A DNA stretch of 63,990 nt, filler included, from Octopus bimaculoides (taxonomy: Eukaryota), in assembly GCF_001194135.2 (NCBI RefSeq). It is 5 parts of 5 records of this genome, joined end to end, with 100 filler letters (N's around TTAATTAATTAA, not from the genome) between each part and the next. Parts side by side here need not be neighbours in the genome. Positions count along the whole stretch, not along the records: positions 13,592 to 43,429 come from NC_069007.1; 4 more parts are not named here. One strand, written 5' to 3'. The translations under genes were made by a program, and so were the position numbers. The notes under the pieces are model-generated. The model was not told the origin of the DNA. It saw nothing but the letters and a program-made list of their open reading frames with translations, and ran no database searches. Positions 25,083-38,258 of the stretch are shown here, in pieces (position 1 is the stretch's first letter; every line of letters starts with the position of its first letter).

Positions 25083-26378
25083 ATATATTCATATAATTAT
25101 TATTTTTTGTTATTTTTCTTCTGTTTTCTCGATGTTATCAGTTATCAAACCATTCAGTACGTTGCGATGATATCCACGATATACCATACCAATTTATGGT
25201 AAACGTGTTTACATCTGATTTAATATTTTTCGGTCGATCATTACTTTTCCTTTATAAGTTGATGTTGCACACTTTAGTCTATTCACGCAAATACATACAT
25301 ACATATGCATATACATACACACACACTCACAAACACACATACATATATATATATATATATGTACCTATGTATAAATGTATGTATACGTATATGTATAATG
25401 GAAATGATGCGTAAAGCGCATTGATGGCTATTATAAAAATACATTTAAATATATCGTTAAAATAACTTCCACAAAATCTATAACTATTTCGCTGTCTTAA
25501 TTCAGTTAAACATTATAGGGGAGTTTATGTATGTAGTATTTATGTATGTAGTATTTATGTGTATACACACATATATATACATACATACATACATACATAC
25601 ATACTTTGCAGTACATGTACACGCAGTCACGCGTGCACACACACACATACACATATTTGTATGCATATATTTATGTATGTATATATCATATATAGAAATA
25701 TATCTATATCCATAACGACATACACATACATATATACATACATTCTAATATATATGCATAATTATACGCACAGACACATTCACTCACACTTATATACACG
25801 CTTATACACGCACAAATCTTTTGTACTTATCCACAGTACACTTGTAAATTACAAAATATATTGCACCGAGAAATACGTTCGAAAAACAACAACGCCGTTT
25901 TGCAAAACTGCAATGGCGGCTTTCGTTGGGGGTAGTAGGAGAAGAAGGCATTAACTGAAAGGAGGCGTTTTATGTCTCTGCGCTTAATAGGCAAGATTTC
26001 AATTGTTGCGTCTAATACACTTATAAACCGCCATGTTTTATTGGCTTGACAATGTTATGGAACATTTTATATTGAGATTCCTTTGACATTTGTGGTTCAA
26101 ACTCTGGTGTTTTTTGGTGCTAATAACGAATTAATGAATTTTTATGAATTTTTACTTTAAAATCTTTTCAGTGCTTATGTTTTACGGTCGTGATGTTCTT
26201 TGTAGATATGTATGTATGTATGTACGTATGTATGTATGTACGTATGTATGTATGTATGTAGATAGATAGATATGTATATATGTACGTATGTATTTACATA
26301 TATGTATTTATATACACATGTATGCACATACATAAATACACGTCCATAACAATCAATCTATCTAGCCATATATCTACG

Positions 26379-26449
<71 letters not shown>

Positions 26450-26529
26450 TCCATAACTATCTATCTATCTAGCCATCGATCCACATACAATCACGTATAT
26501 AAACAAACTTGCACGAATACACGAATATA

Positions 26530-26575
<46 letters not shown>

Positions 26576-26834
26576 CAGTGCATACACACGTACATTCATA
26601 CACACAACACGCAAACACGTGCACACAAGCACTCACACGCATACACGTGTGTGTGTGTATGTGCATGCATGCTTGTGTTTGCATATGATAAGTTTCACGC
26701 CAATATTTCTTTTGCACAACTGATTCTGTGTATTTTCAATTTATCCCCGTTTTATGTGAAAGTCATCGATTGTGTAACCGAGGTTCGTTTGGTTCGTCAG
26801 CTGAAATGCCTTGTATCAATATCAATACTAATAT

Positions 26835-26865
<31 letters not shown>

Positions 26866-27872
26866 NNNNNNNNNNNNNNNNNNNNNNNNNNNNNNNNNNN
26901 NNNNNNNNNNNNNNNNNNNNNNNNNNNNNNNNNNNNNNNNNNNNNNNNNNNNNNNNNNNNNNNNNNNNNNNNNNNNNNNNNNNNNNNNNNNNNNNNNNNN
27001 NNNNNNNNNNNNNNNNNNNNNNNNNNNNNNNNNNNNNNNNNNNNNNNNNNNNNNNNNNNNNNNNNNNNNNNNNNNNNNNNNNNNNNNNNNNNNNNNNNNN
27101 NNNNNNNNNNNNNNNNNNNNNNNNNNNNNNNNNNNNNNNNNNNNNNNNNNNNNNNNNNNNNNNNNNNNNNNNNNNNNNNNNNNNNNNNNNNNNNNNNNNN
27201 NNNNNNNNNNNNNNNNNNNNNNNNATATATATATATATATATGAATGCAGGGTAAAAATTATTAGATAAATAATTTATACCACTGGTTAGAATGCGTAAT
27301 AACAGTCAGCAGGCATAAATATATTTATAATAAAATAGTGTATAATGATTTATACACAGCGAGGAAGCCACCATGTGGACTTCTTACATATTAGAGAGGG
27401 CAGTTAAAGCCTAGACCACGAAAAAATCATTCTTAGTCATTGCACGTTGCTTGTAAGCGAGCCGGACACTTGAATGCATAAAAATCTCAGTTAACTCTAT
27501 ACCCATGAGTCTCACCATTAATGATCAGCTAAATCGATTAATTAGTCAATTAAATGGTTAATTAACCATCTGTGGGTCGTCAGTAGAGTCGCTGGAAAAT
27601 GCATAATTATGAAACTACAATACGTACCGAAAACATGAAGTAAATACATGAGCATTTAGTTCCATCTTTATACGTCAAGAATTGAAATCGAATGCTGTCA
27701 ACCAACGTGCAGAGTTTGTCATATATATATATATATATGGTAAATGAAAGACAGATGATGGAATATACGAGAATTTATTGTTAATCACGACCATTGTTTC
27801 GACACATCTAGCATCAATTCCTCATGGGCGGGACACTCAACAACTGTGTATGTATGTATGTATGTATGTATG

Positions 27873-28257
27873 TGGAGGCGCAATGGCCCAGTGGTTAAGG
27901 CAGCGGACTCGCGGTCATAGGATCGCGGTTTCGATTCTCAGACCGGGCGTTGTGAGTGTTTATTGAGCGAAAACACCTAAAAGCTCCACGAGGCTCCGGC
28001 AGGAGATGGTGGCGAACCCTGCTGTACTCTTCCACCACAACTTTCTCTCACTGTTTCTTCCTGTTTCTGTTGTACCTATATTTCAAAAGGGCCAGCCTTG
28101 TCACACTGTGTCACGCTGAATATCCCCGAGAACTACGTTAAGGGTACACGTGCCTGTGGAGTGCTCAGCCACTTGCACGTTAATTTCACGAGCAGGCTGT
28201 TCCGTTGATCATATCAGCTAGGACCCTCGACGTCGTAAGCGACGGAGTGCCAACAAC
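27873..28257 (+). mobile_element. SINE family B, full length
   Basis: Co-linear with 21128-21511. Confidence 0.9.
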
Positions 28258-29089
28258 AAAAATATATATATGGCAAATGAATGCATGCATGTATGTATGT
28301 GTGTATGTATGTATGTATTATGTATATTACATATATAAAAGACCCCTTCGCTCATTGACCATGGGATTGAACCTAGAAAGTTCCCCTCCGAGGCACAAGT
28401 CCGGGCAAGGTTGTTTATGGAAGACCAGCAGTCGCCCATGTATACCAGCCTCCACTCTCCACGCCACCGATGTTATTCCATGAAAAGGCAAAGACCGATA
28501 CAGCTTGGCCCCAGCGACGTCTTTGGTCGGCCTGGGGCTATAGCTGAATACTACAGGTGCCACGCAGTGNNNNNNNNNNNNNNNNNNNNNNNNNNNNNNN
28601 NNNNNNNNNNNNNNNNNNNNNNNNNNNNNNNNNNNNNNNNNNNNNNNNNNNNNNNNNNNNNNNNNNNNNNNNNNNNNNNNNNNNNNNNNNNNNNNNNNNN
28701 NNNNNNNNNNNNNNNNNNNNNNNNNNNNNNNNNNNNNNNNNNNNNNNNNNNNNNNNNNNNNNNNNNNNNNNNNNNNNNNNNNNNNNNNNNNNNNNNNNNN
28801 NNNNNNNNNNNNNNNNNNNNNNNNNNNNNNNNNNNNNNNNNNNNNNNNNNNNNNNNNNNNNNNNNNNNNNNNNNNNNNNNNNNNNNNNNNNNNNNNNNNN
28901 NNNNNNNNNNNNNNNNNNNNNNNNNNNNNNNNNNNNNNNNNNNNNNNNNNNNNNNNNNNNNNNNNNNNNNNNNNNNNNNNNNNNNNNNNNNNNNNNNNNN
29001 NNNNNNNNNNNNNNNNNNNNNNNNNNNNNNNNNNNNNNNNNNNNTATATATATACGCTATATATATATATATATATATATATAAACACA

Positions 29090-29129
<40 letters not shown>

Positions 29130-29334
29130 ACACACTATATATACTATGTATACTATATGCACCATATATATATATATATGGTTCTGTGTATATGTTTTAT
29201 ACATATGTATATAAATATGTATGGGTGTGTGTGTATAATTATATATATTCATTAGTATATAAATATATACCAATATATATTTATCTTAATATATATATCT
29301 CTCTATATATACATATATGTGTAATGCACACACA

Positions 29335-30567
29335 CACACACACAATAGAAGGAAATAAACACCTCATAAAACATCGTTTATGTTTATTCTAATTTGTAAT
29401 GGTTTATATCTTTTATTAATTGACATTTTTTTATGTTTCAAGTTCAATATATAACCGTTTAATCACGCCATGTTCAAAAGAAGCCTTGGAACTGTCTGAA
29501 CTTCAAAGAGGCCATATTATGGGTCAATCTGAAGGTGGACATAGTGTAAAATCGCAGAAAACCTTGGGATTCAGCTTTCTCAGTTAACAGAGCGATTGTG
29601 CAATTCATCAGAGAGGGTAAGGAGTCCACATCACCTCGCCCAGGTTGACCAGGGCTCTCTGACAGGACCCTTCTCTTTCTGTTAAGAGAAGCGTGGAGGA
29701 TAATCTTCGTTGCAACGTCTCTGAAATCGCAGAACACGTTGATATGAGAACTGCTGTCAGGTATCTCCACAAACTTGGTTACTATGGCAGAGAAGCAAGA
29801 TGGAAGCTGCTTCTTCGACCAGCCAATATCAAGCGGAGACAAGATTGGGCCAATGAGATGATAGAGAGGCCACTAGCATTTTGGGACACTGTTATATTCT
29901 CCAACGAGTCCAGATTTACCGTATTTTCTGACAGTGGTCGAGTGTGAGCTCGGAGATTCTGTGATCAAGAATTTGATGTGAAAACATTGCAGCCAACAAT
30001 GAAACACGACAGCTATTCCGTGATGGTCTGGAGAGCAATTTGGAGCAATGTTTAGTCAGAGCTGGTGGAGTGTGAGGGAAACATAAACTCAGATAAATAT
30101 ATGTCCATATTGCATAAATGACTCCTTCCAGTCATTCTCCAGGGGTGAAAGGATTAAAGAAGGCTCTTTATTTATGGAAGATGGGGCTCCTTGTCACACA
30201 GCTAAAATGACCCAAGATTTGTTGGATGGGAATAGCATTAAAAAGCTTCCATGGCCAAACCAGTCACCAGATATGAACCCTATTGAACACCTCTGGGACA
30301 TAATGGACAGGACACTTCATTTAAAAGAACAAGAGAGCATCTTTTGAGATTACTGCATGAAACTTGGCAAGAAATTCTGCAAGAGAATATTCGTCATCTG
30401 ATCAGTAAAATGCCTAATAGGGTCCTCGCATTGAAAAATGCAAAGGGCATGTCTACTAAATATCAAATATTCACATTATAATTAATAAATAATTTGAATA
30501 TATAATTTCAGATTTAAATAAATTGCAACGATTATAAAGGTGTTTATTTACTTCTGCCATGTCTGTG
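29335..30567 (+). mobile_element. Tc1 (DD34E) DNA transposon relic
   Basis: TIR remnants agaaggaaataaacacctcataaaacatcgtt (29347-29378) versus aacgattataaaggtgtttatttacttctgccatgtctgtg (30527-30567), followed by TA. Confidence 0.85.
29470..30466 (+). pseudogene. Tc1 transposase pseudogene, DD34E
   Basis: ELSELQRGHIMG..., WDTVIFSNESRF (first D mutated to N), FMEDGAPCH, PWPNQSPDMNPIEHLW with 34 residues between D and E; ends LKNAKGMSTKY. Several stops and frameshifts. Confidence 0.92.
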
Positions 30568-30862
30568 TATATATACAGCAACACCATTGTTATGTTTCCA
30601 TTATTTTGTGTAACGTCTTTTCTTTTTTTATTTCAGATTCTTCAGTTTTTACGAGAACCACGTTTATAACTTTTGAATGAAAATAGCCCATCTAGACATT
30701 TTTATTTCTTTCAGAAATGAAGGGTAATGATACATATTAATGCTTAATATGTATCATTACCCTTCATTAAATATATATTGAGTATATATTCATTAAATAT
30801 ATATTGTGTATATATTTAACAGAAAGCCATAATGATATTATAACATTTATTGACATAATGAA

Positions 30863-31734
30863 TTATTTAACCACATGAGCACCATTTCGATGGATAACTT
30901 AAAAAACCCTATTAGTCATGGAATCTGTCAATTTCTTAATAATAGCAGGTTGGACTGCCTCTGCTGCAGCTTTGATGGTCGTCCAAAAGTCTTCTTTGGA
31001 CGTAAATTGGCGTCCATCGGTGTAAACGTCTTGTTTAATTATGGACCAAAGATTTTCGATAGGTTGAGATCCGGAGATGCTAACAGCCACACCATCAACA
31101 TTTCACCTTGTATACCGTAAGACCCTAGTAATGTTTGGGTGGTCCTGGCAGAGTGGAAGGGACCGTTGGCATGCATGAATACGAGATTCCTTAGAAGTGA
31201 CAGCAGTGTGTCATCTAGCCAGGGATCCAAGACCTCTTTCAGGAGATTGCGGTAGGCGGCTGCGGTCACTTTAACTTCTTCAGGCGCCCAGACTGGGCCA
31301 ACAAGTCTGTCCCCAATGATACCAGCCTACAACATGACTCCACCCTGTTGTTGACGTCGTAAACGTTGGTGACGCTCATCTCCAAATAATACCCAACCAT
31401 TTGCTCAACCGTCAGATTCGTCAAGGGTCGCCCTAGTTTCGTCAGTGAACAGAACACAACTCAAGTCTAACGTCATGTTCTTTTGGGCCCACTGAAGCCT
31501 CAAACTCCTGTGACGGAACGTTCAGGTGTTCTTGCATGGAAGCCATGTTCACGAGGATGCGATTTCAGATGGTTTTCGGTGGTTTTCGGGAAATAAGGAA
31601 GTCTGAAAGCGGTGAAAATGGCTTTGTTTGTTTGTCCAGGTTTCCCAAGTAACTTGCGGCCAATATTTCTTAAATCCCTAGCTGTCACAGTCCTGGAGGC
31701 CCCGCAATCTGATCGGTTCCCCCCTGGCACCCAT
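30863..31734 (-). pseudogene. DD37E transposase pseudogene, N-terminal HTH apparently missing
   Basis: LQWAQKNMTLDLSCVLFTDETRATLDESDG*ANGWV...RLRRQQQGGVML*AGIIGDRLVGP...FMHANGPFH...ASPDLN(P)IENLWSIIK. 37 residues between D and E after repairing a 1-nt deletion. Confidence 0.88.
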
Positions 31735-31754
31735 GTGACTAAATAATTAATTAT

Positions 31755-32210
31755 TACTCTTTTACTCTTTTACTTGTTTCAGTCATTTGACTGCGGCCAT
31801 GCTGGAGCACCGCCTTTTTAGTCGAGCAAATCGACCCCAGGACTTATTCTTTGTAAGCCGAGTACTTATTCTATCGGTCTCTTTTTGCCGAACCGCTAAG
31901 TTACGGGGACGTAAACACACCAGCATCGGTTGTCAAGCNNNNNNNNNNNNNNNNNNNNNNNNNNNNNNNNNNNNNNNNNNNNNNNNNNNNNNNNNNNNNN
32001 NNNNNNNNNNNNNNNNATATATATATATATATATATATACATATATACGACAGGCTTCTTTCAGTTTCTGTCGACCAAATCCACTCACAAGGCTTTGGTC
32101 GGCCCGAGGCTATAGTAGAAGACACTTGCCCAACATGCCACGCAGTGGGAATGAACCCAGAACCATGTGGTTGGTAAACAAGCTACTTACCACACGACCA
32201 CTCCTATGCC
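31755..32210 (-). mobile_element. SINE family D inserted in the right TIR
   Basis: TSD taattat at 31748-31754 and 32211-32217. Confidence 0.9.
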
Positions 32211-32407
32211 TAATTATGTCAATAAATATTATAATATTATTATGGTTTTCTGTTAGATATGCATGCTTAATATGTATCATTACCCTTCGTTTTCTGAAAG
32301 AAATAAAAATGTCTACATGGGCTATTTTCATTCAAAAGTTATTAACGTGGTTCACTCAAAATCTGAGGAATCTGATATAAGAAAGAAAGGACGTTACGCA
32401 GAATAAT

Positions 32408-32629
32408 CCTTTCTACTATAGGCACAAGGCCTGGATCGTTGGGGGAGAGGGATACTCGATTACACCGACTGCAGTGTTTCACTAGTAATTGATTTATCGA
32501 CCACGAAAGGATGAAAGGCACATTCGACCTCGGCAGGATTTGAACTGAAAACGTAAAGACGGATAAAATTGCCGCTTAGCATTTTGCCCGGCATGCTAAC
32601 GATTGTGCCTGCTCGTCGCCTTCGTTCAT
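32408..32629 (-). mobile_element. SINE family A inserted in the right TIR
   Basis: Imperfect TSD agaataat (32400-32407) / agaatgat (32630-32637). Confidence 0.85.
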
Positions 32630-33184
32630 AGAATGATGAAAACATAACAATGGTGTTACCATAGTGAGCAAACCAGCTGGGAAAAGTTTTTATCAAAATA
32701 GTTTCACAGAAAACCGAGAAATCCTAAATTCCACTCCTAAGCCATTAGCGTGGTTCTGGGTGTGTGTATATATATATATATATATATATTTATAATGTAT
32801 GTATAAAACTTTCACTAACCCTAACACTAACAATATATTCACTGTGTACGTCTAATTGACTTTTGTTGCTTTACCGATTTTTAAAAATTATTTTTCATTT
32901 GCCTACATACATACTTACGAAATATATGTACACCCACTTCAAGTAATATACAGACACAAATATATATATATATATACTTGTGCGTGCAATGACACACATA
33001 TTCATATATATTTGTATTTTTATACATAAATATATATGAACATTCTTTGTATGTATGTATGTATGTATGTCTATCTATCTATGAGTATTATATATGCACA
33101 CACATGCATATACACACGCACATATACATACACACACACACTCACTGCCACACACATATACAGAAACTATGAATATACACACAC

Positions 33185-33218
<34 letters not shown>

Positions 33219-33834
33219 NNNNNNNNNNNNNNNNNNNNNNNNNNNNNNNNNNNNNNNNNNNNNNNNNNNNNNNNNNNNNNNNNNNNNNNNNNNNNNNNNN
33301 NNNNNNNNNNNNNNNNNNTATATATATATATATATACATATATACATATACATACATATGTATATATACACATACATATATATATATAAACATATATACA
33401 TATATATATGTATATATATATGTCTCACACCCACACAAATATGCGCTATACATCGAGTGTGACGGGAAGGGGAAGGGACGGGGGTCATCGCGAGAATCTT
33501 TTAAGAACAAAGCAGTTATCTTGTTGTTGTTGTTGTTGAAGAATAATAAAGCACAAGAATCCAATATCGAACGCATATTACTGACCACCCCGAGTGCATC
33601 CCCCGCTCCACCCGCCACCCTTGTGTACTTGACCACACTTATCCGCACCGACTGACCACTTGATCATCAGTTTCATTATGACAGAGCGAAGAAGTTACTT
33701 ATTTCGCATAATTTTTTATAGCCGCCACGACTCCAATCAAAACCAGTGCCATCATCATCATCGTCGTTGTAAATAATCTCCTCGTCATCATGATCATCAT
33801 TGTCATCATCATCATCATCATCATCATCATTGTT

Positions 33835-33865
<31 letters not shown>

Positions 33866-34422
33866 CCATCCTCCTCATCATCATCATCACCACCACCACC
33901 ACCCCAACAACAACGACAGTGAGAACATCGCCACCAGCACCACCTCTGCTATTATCACCACCACCACCACTATAACCCCCACCACCCCAAACACACACCA
34001 CAACCAACAGCGATGACAACGACGACGACTTCTAACTTCAAAGTTTCACTGAAATATTCTTTCGGCTTTCAAATTATTTTTCACACCAATTTGTTTACCG
34101 CCAGCCAGAGAGAAAATAAGATCTAAACACGGGTGGTTGTAAAAATTAGGGGTGGCCCCGCTTCAATTAAGAAATAATTTGGGTGTGTCCCCTTTATTGT
34201 TCTCGCTCTTGTTGTTTAACTTCCAACTTTTAAGAAAATAAAAAACCGATCAAACACATCTATGATCAAAACGACTTTTAAGTATTAACGAGTTTGTTTT
34301 TTGTGTGTGTGTGTTTTATTATTTCTTAATTTTTTTGTGGGGTATCTACCTGTACGAAGGTGTCTAGCTTAGTGGTTAGGATGTTGCACTCACAATCGCA
34401 AGTTCGTGGTTTCGATTCCCGA

Positions 34423-35550
34423 ACCAGGCGCTTGCGTCGTGTTCTTGAGCGAAACACTTCATTTCACGTTGCCTCAGTCCACTCAACTGTAAACGAGTGA
34501 TGATCTCGACAGACTTGCATCTGAGATGGGATGCTATGACCTCAGTGATTCAAACGCGTTGGAAACCATGTAACCGACCCCGACCCTGTAAGTCTGAGGG
34601 CGAGAAGACATTAGTGTTCAAAGGACTTACTTTATATCTGACTACGCTCACATTTTCCCCATCATCCCGTGATACACTTAAACGTAACCTTCAATTCAGT
34701 GATGTTTCCAAAGGTCATTGGATGGGGATTCGGGTCTTTCAACACCAGATACCCTTACCTAGTTAACCCAACCAAAATTGCTCAATACACAATCCCACTC
34801 CTAGCGCTCTCGCATCTGGTTCACAGCCATCTTGAGGCAACTTCGGCTGCCTCCATAGCCAACTGAATGATCTTCAGAGGCCCTCACCTAAGGCACCCAG
34901 GCGCTTACGCTGTGTTCTTGAGCAAAGCACTTCATTTCACGTTGCTCTACTCAACTGTGAGTGAGTGAACCCTGCGAATGACTAGCGTCTGGGATGGGAT
35001 GTTGTGATCTCGGTGATTTAAATGCATTGGAGACTGGGTAACCGACCCAGCGAGTCCCGGAACCAGGAGACAGTAATACTCAATGGATTTATTTTATATT
35101 TTACGACGTATACTTTATTTTTTCCATCGTCCTGTGATACACTTGAGCATATCCTTCAGTTCAGTGATGTTTCCAGAGGTCATTGGGTGGGGATTTCGGG
35201 TCTTTCAACATCAGATACCCTTACCTAGTTGACCTAGCTAGGATTGATCAAAACGCAACTTAGCACTAAGCCCAGTAACACAACCCCTTCTTCGGCTTAT
35301 ATCACCTGGTTCACAGCCCCTAAAGCCAACTGGATGATCTTCAGGGGCCCCCGTCCAAAAGACCCAGGCGCTTGCGTCGTGTTCTTGAGCAAAGCACTTC
35401 ATTTCACGTTGTTCCATTTCCATTCAACTGTAAATGAGTGAGACCTGCGACTAACTAGCATCTGGAGTGGAACGTTGTGATATTGGTCATCTAGATGCCT
35501 TGGAAACTAGGTAACCGACCCAGCGAGTCCTAGAACCAAAGGACTTACTT
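34423..35550 (+). repeat. Old tandem duplication, about 470-bp unit x2.4, starting inside a family C SINE
   Basis: ccaggcgcttgcgtcgtgttcttgagc and variants recur at about 34423, 34897 and 35364; ttcagtgatgtttcca(a/g)aggtcattgg recurs at about 34695 and 35160. Confidence 0.85.
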
Positions 35551-36409
35551 TACATTTTGCTATAAAAAAATATAATAACCAGAATATATTCAGTGCTGAA
35601 TTTTATTCGGCAAAAAAAAAAAAAACACATGTACCGAGATGCAATTCCAAAAAGCCCGCCTCTTACATAGATATATAGTGATAAACAATCTTTTATGTAC
35701 TATGCTGAATACATGAGGTGTTCGTCTGGTATGTTGATTTTTTTTGTTTATTTTTATGTGTCTTGACCATACTATACTGATGAGTAAATGGTGCATATTA
35801 CTGCAATAATTACGAAATTATGATCTATAGTTTAGTCTGTGTTTAGGGGGATAGCTTTAAGAGTTGCATTTCCTCGCGTTCGGTACAAATGTGTTTATTA
35901 TGGTAGTTTGACCTTAGAGTTCCTCTTAGTGTGAGGCATTCATGTATAGTAATACCCTTATATAAATAAATATTTTATATTTATATTTTACCTGGTAGCA
36001 CTCCCGTTTTTAGGGCTGTCAAATCTCCTGATTCACAGCTATCTTAAGGCAACTTTGGCTGCCTCCATAGCCAACTTGATGATCTTCAGAGACCCTCGTC
36101 CAAGGGACCTAGACAGGGTTGATCAAGCCCTATTTTGTGTCCAGGTAGCGCTAACCCAGGTCACACTATCCCTTCCTAAGCTCACAACTTGATTCATAAC
36201 CACATTAAAGCAATCTCAGTTATCTCAATAACCAGCTTGATGGCTCCCTGTGATGCCCTGTCAGTGTCTTGCTCGAAAACATAACGCATTGCTCAGCCCA
36301 GAAATCGAAACTGCAATCTTATGATTATGTGTAACAAAATTATTATTTTTTTTTTTGTCTTTGGTCAGTGAGTGTTATTTTCTATTTGCTTCTATCAGAA
36401 ATCAAAGGA

Positions 36410-36795
36410 AATGAGTAATATTCCCTTCAAACTTTGCTTTTCTGACCTCGATATCAATGTCTATTTTCCATTAAATTATTTTCCATTACATTTCAGACAG
36501 ATTCAGCACTGAGTTGCTGAAGCAGAAATATCATTATAACAAATATTTTGCTCAAATACCACAGTTGCTTCACCTTGACCACTTGGGCATGCCCCTTAGT
36601 GGCTAATAATATGTGCATCTCTGATGATGAGCAGGAGTAATAGGGGAGTACCATAGCCATGCGTTGCGAGAGATTCTTTGGGGTTTGAATAAATGTAAGA
36701 AAAACAAAGTTTGAAGGAAATATTAACCATTTTTCATACTTTCTAAGGGTAAGCATATAGAAAATAACAGTTGCTACCCAAGGACAAAAATCATC
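36410..36795 (-). mobile_element. Family G repeat
   Basis: Reverse complement of 2293-2712, same internal inverted repeats. Confidence 0.6.
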
Positions 36796-37186
36796 TGACA
36801 GTGATATGAGTGCAACACCTTAATTGCAAACTCACTCGTTTCCACACACACACACACCCCATACACCACACATATATAATATATATATACACACATACAT
36901 TAGGGGCTTCTACACAGTTTCCGCGCGTACCAAATCCACGTACAAGGCATTGATCGACCCGATGTTATACAAGAAAATAATTGACAAAAATGATGCGCAC
37001 TGGGACTGAACCCGAAACCATGCGGTTGCCAAACGAGCTTCTTCACCACACCTTTCTCTCTCAGACACACAGGACACACACGTGTATGCACGCCCTCACG
37101 CACACAAGAGGGCGGATAAACGCTTCTCTTGGTGCACTAAACTGTCACCGCATTTAGCAAGGATCGCTAACATTATATTTATATAT

Positions 37187-37254
<68 letters not shown>

Positions 37255-37404
37255 CTGTGGTTGTACATATATATGTGTGTGTGTATATATATATACATAC
37301 ACACATACGCATATATGCATGTATACATATTCGTGTGTATATGTATGAGCATGTGTGTGTGAGTGTATATCTATATATATATATATACATACATACATAT
37401 ATAC

Positions 37405-37449
<45 letters not shown>

Positions 37450-37453
37450 GTTT

Positions 37454-37486
<33 letters not shown>

Positions 37487-37554
37487 CGTATAATACTGCG
37501 ATATTGCGAGAGATAGGTAGACAGATAGACAGATAGATAGATAGATAGATAGAC

Positions 37555-37590
<36 letters not shown>

Positions 37591-37717
37591 CGACAGAGTG
37601 AGGGAGAGAGAGAGAGAGAGAGATGTCCCATTGGGGCTTTTATTTCAGCTAGACACGTACGAAGTGTATCAAGTACTTGGCTCTGTACTTAGATGCTATG
37701 TACCGGATAATCTTGGG

Positions 37718-37756
<39 letters not shown>

Positions 37757-37845
37757 CTTAGTTGTTGTTACACGTCTCAGCAGGGTGGGACGTGGATGAA
37801 AACACTATAGACAAAACATGCACTCACTAATTCATACGCATGCAC

Positions 37846-37879
<34 letters not shown>

Positions 37880-37887
37880 AGGTATGT

Positions 37888-37921
<34 letters not shown>

Positions 37922-38093
37922 CTAAATAGGGAGAGTGAAATTTGCTCGTAAATACGCAAACAGGGATGCACAGACCCACGCGCATACCCATGTGTAAAAT
38001 GTAAACATACGTACGTATATACACCCATTCACACAGACGGCAACTCAAATAATGATGCGTACAAATCGCTAAACAGCCAACTCCACCAAATAC

Positions 38094-38130
<37 letters not shown>

Positions 38131-38224
38131 ACACATTGCCCTCTGTGTACATAAATACGTATATGTGTGAGAGTGTGTGTGCACATACATACATATATGT
38201 ATATATATATATATATACATATAC

Positions 38225-38258
<34 letters not shown>

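Larger units (their letters stand above)
30576..32661 (-). mobile_element. Tc1-like DD37E (TRT-type) transposon relic with about 300-bp TIRs and two nested SINEs
   Basis: Left TIR 30576-30877 (TA|CAGCAACACCATTGTTATG) matches the reverse complement of 31732-32661 once the SINEs are removed; TA at 32662-32663. Confidence 0.85.

Noticed and set aside
24503-25096. Met/Asp/His-rich ORFs
   Set aside because: Degenerate (GAT)n tract.
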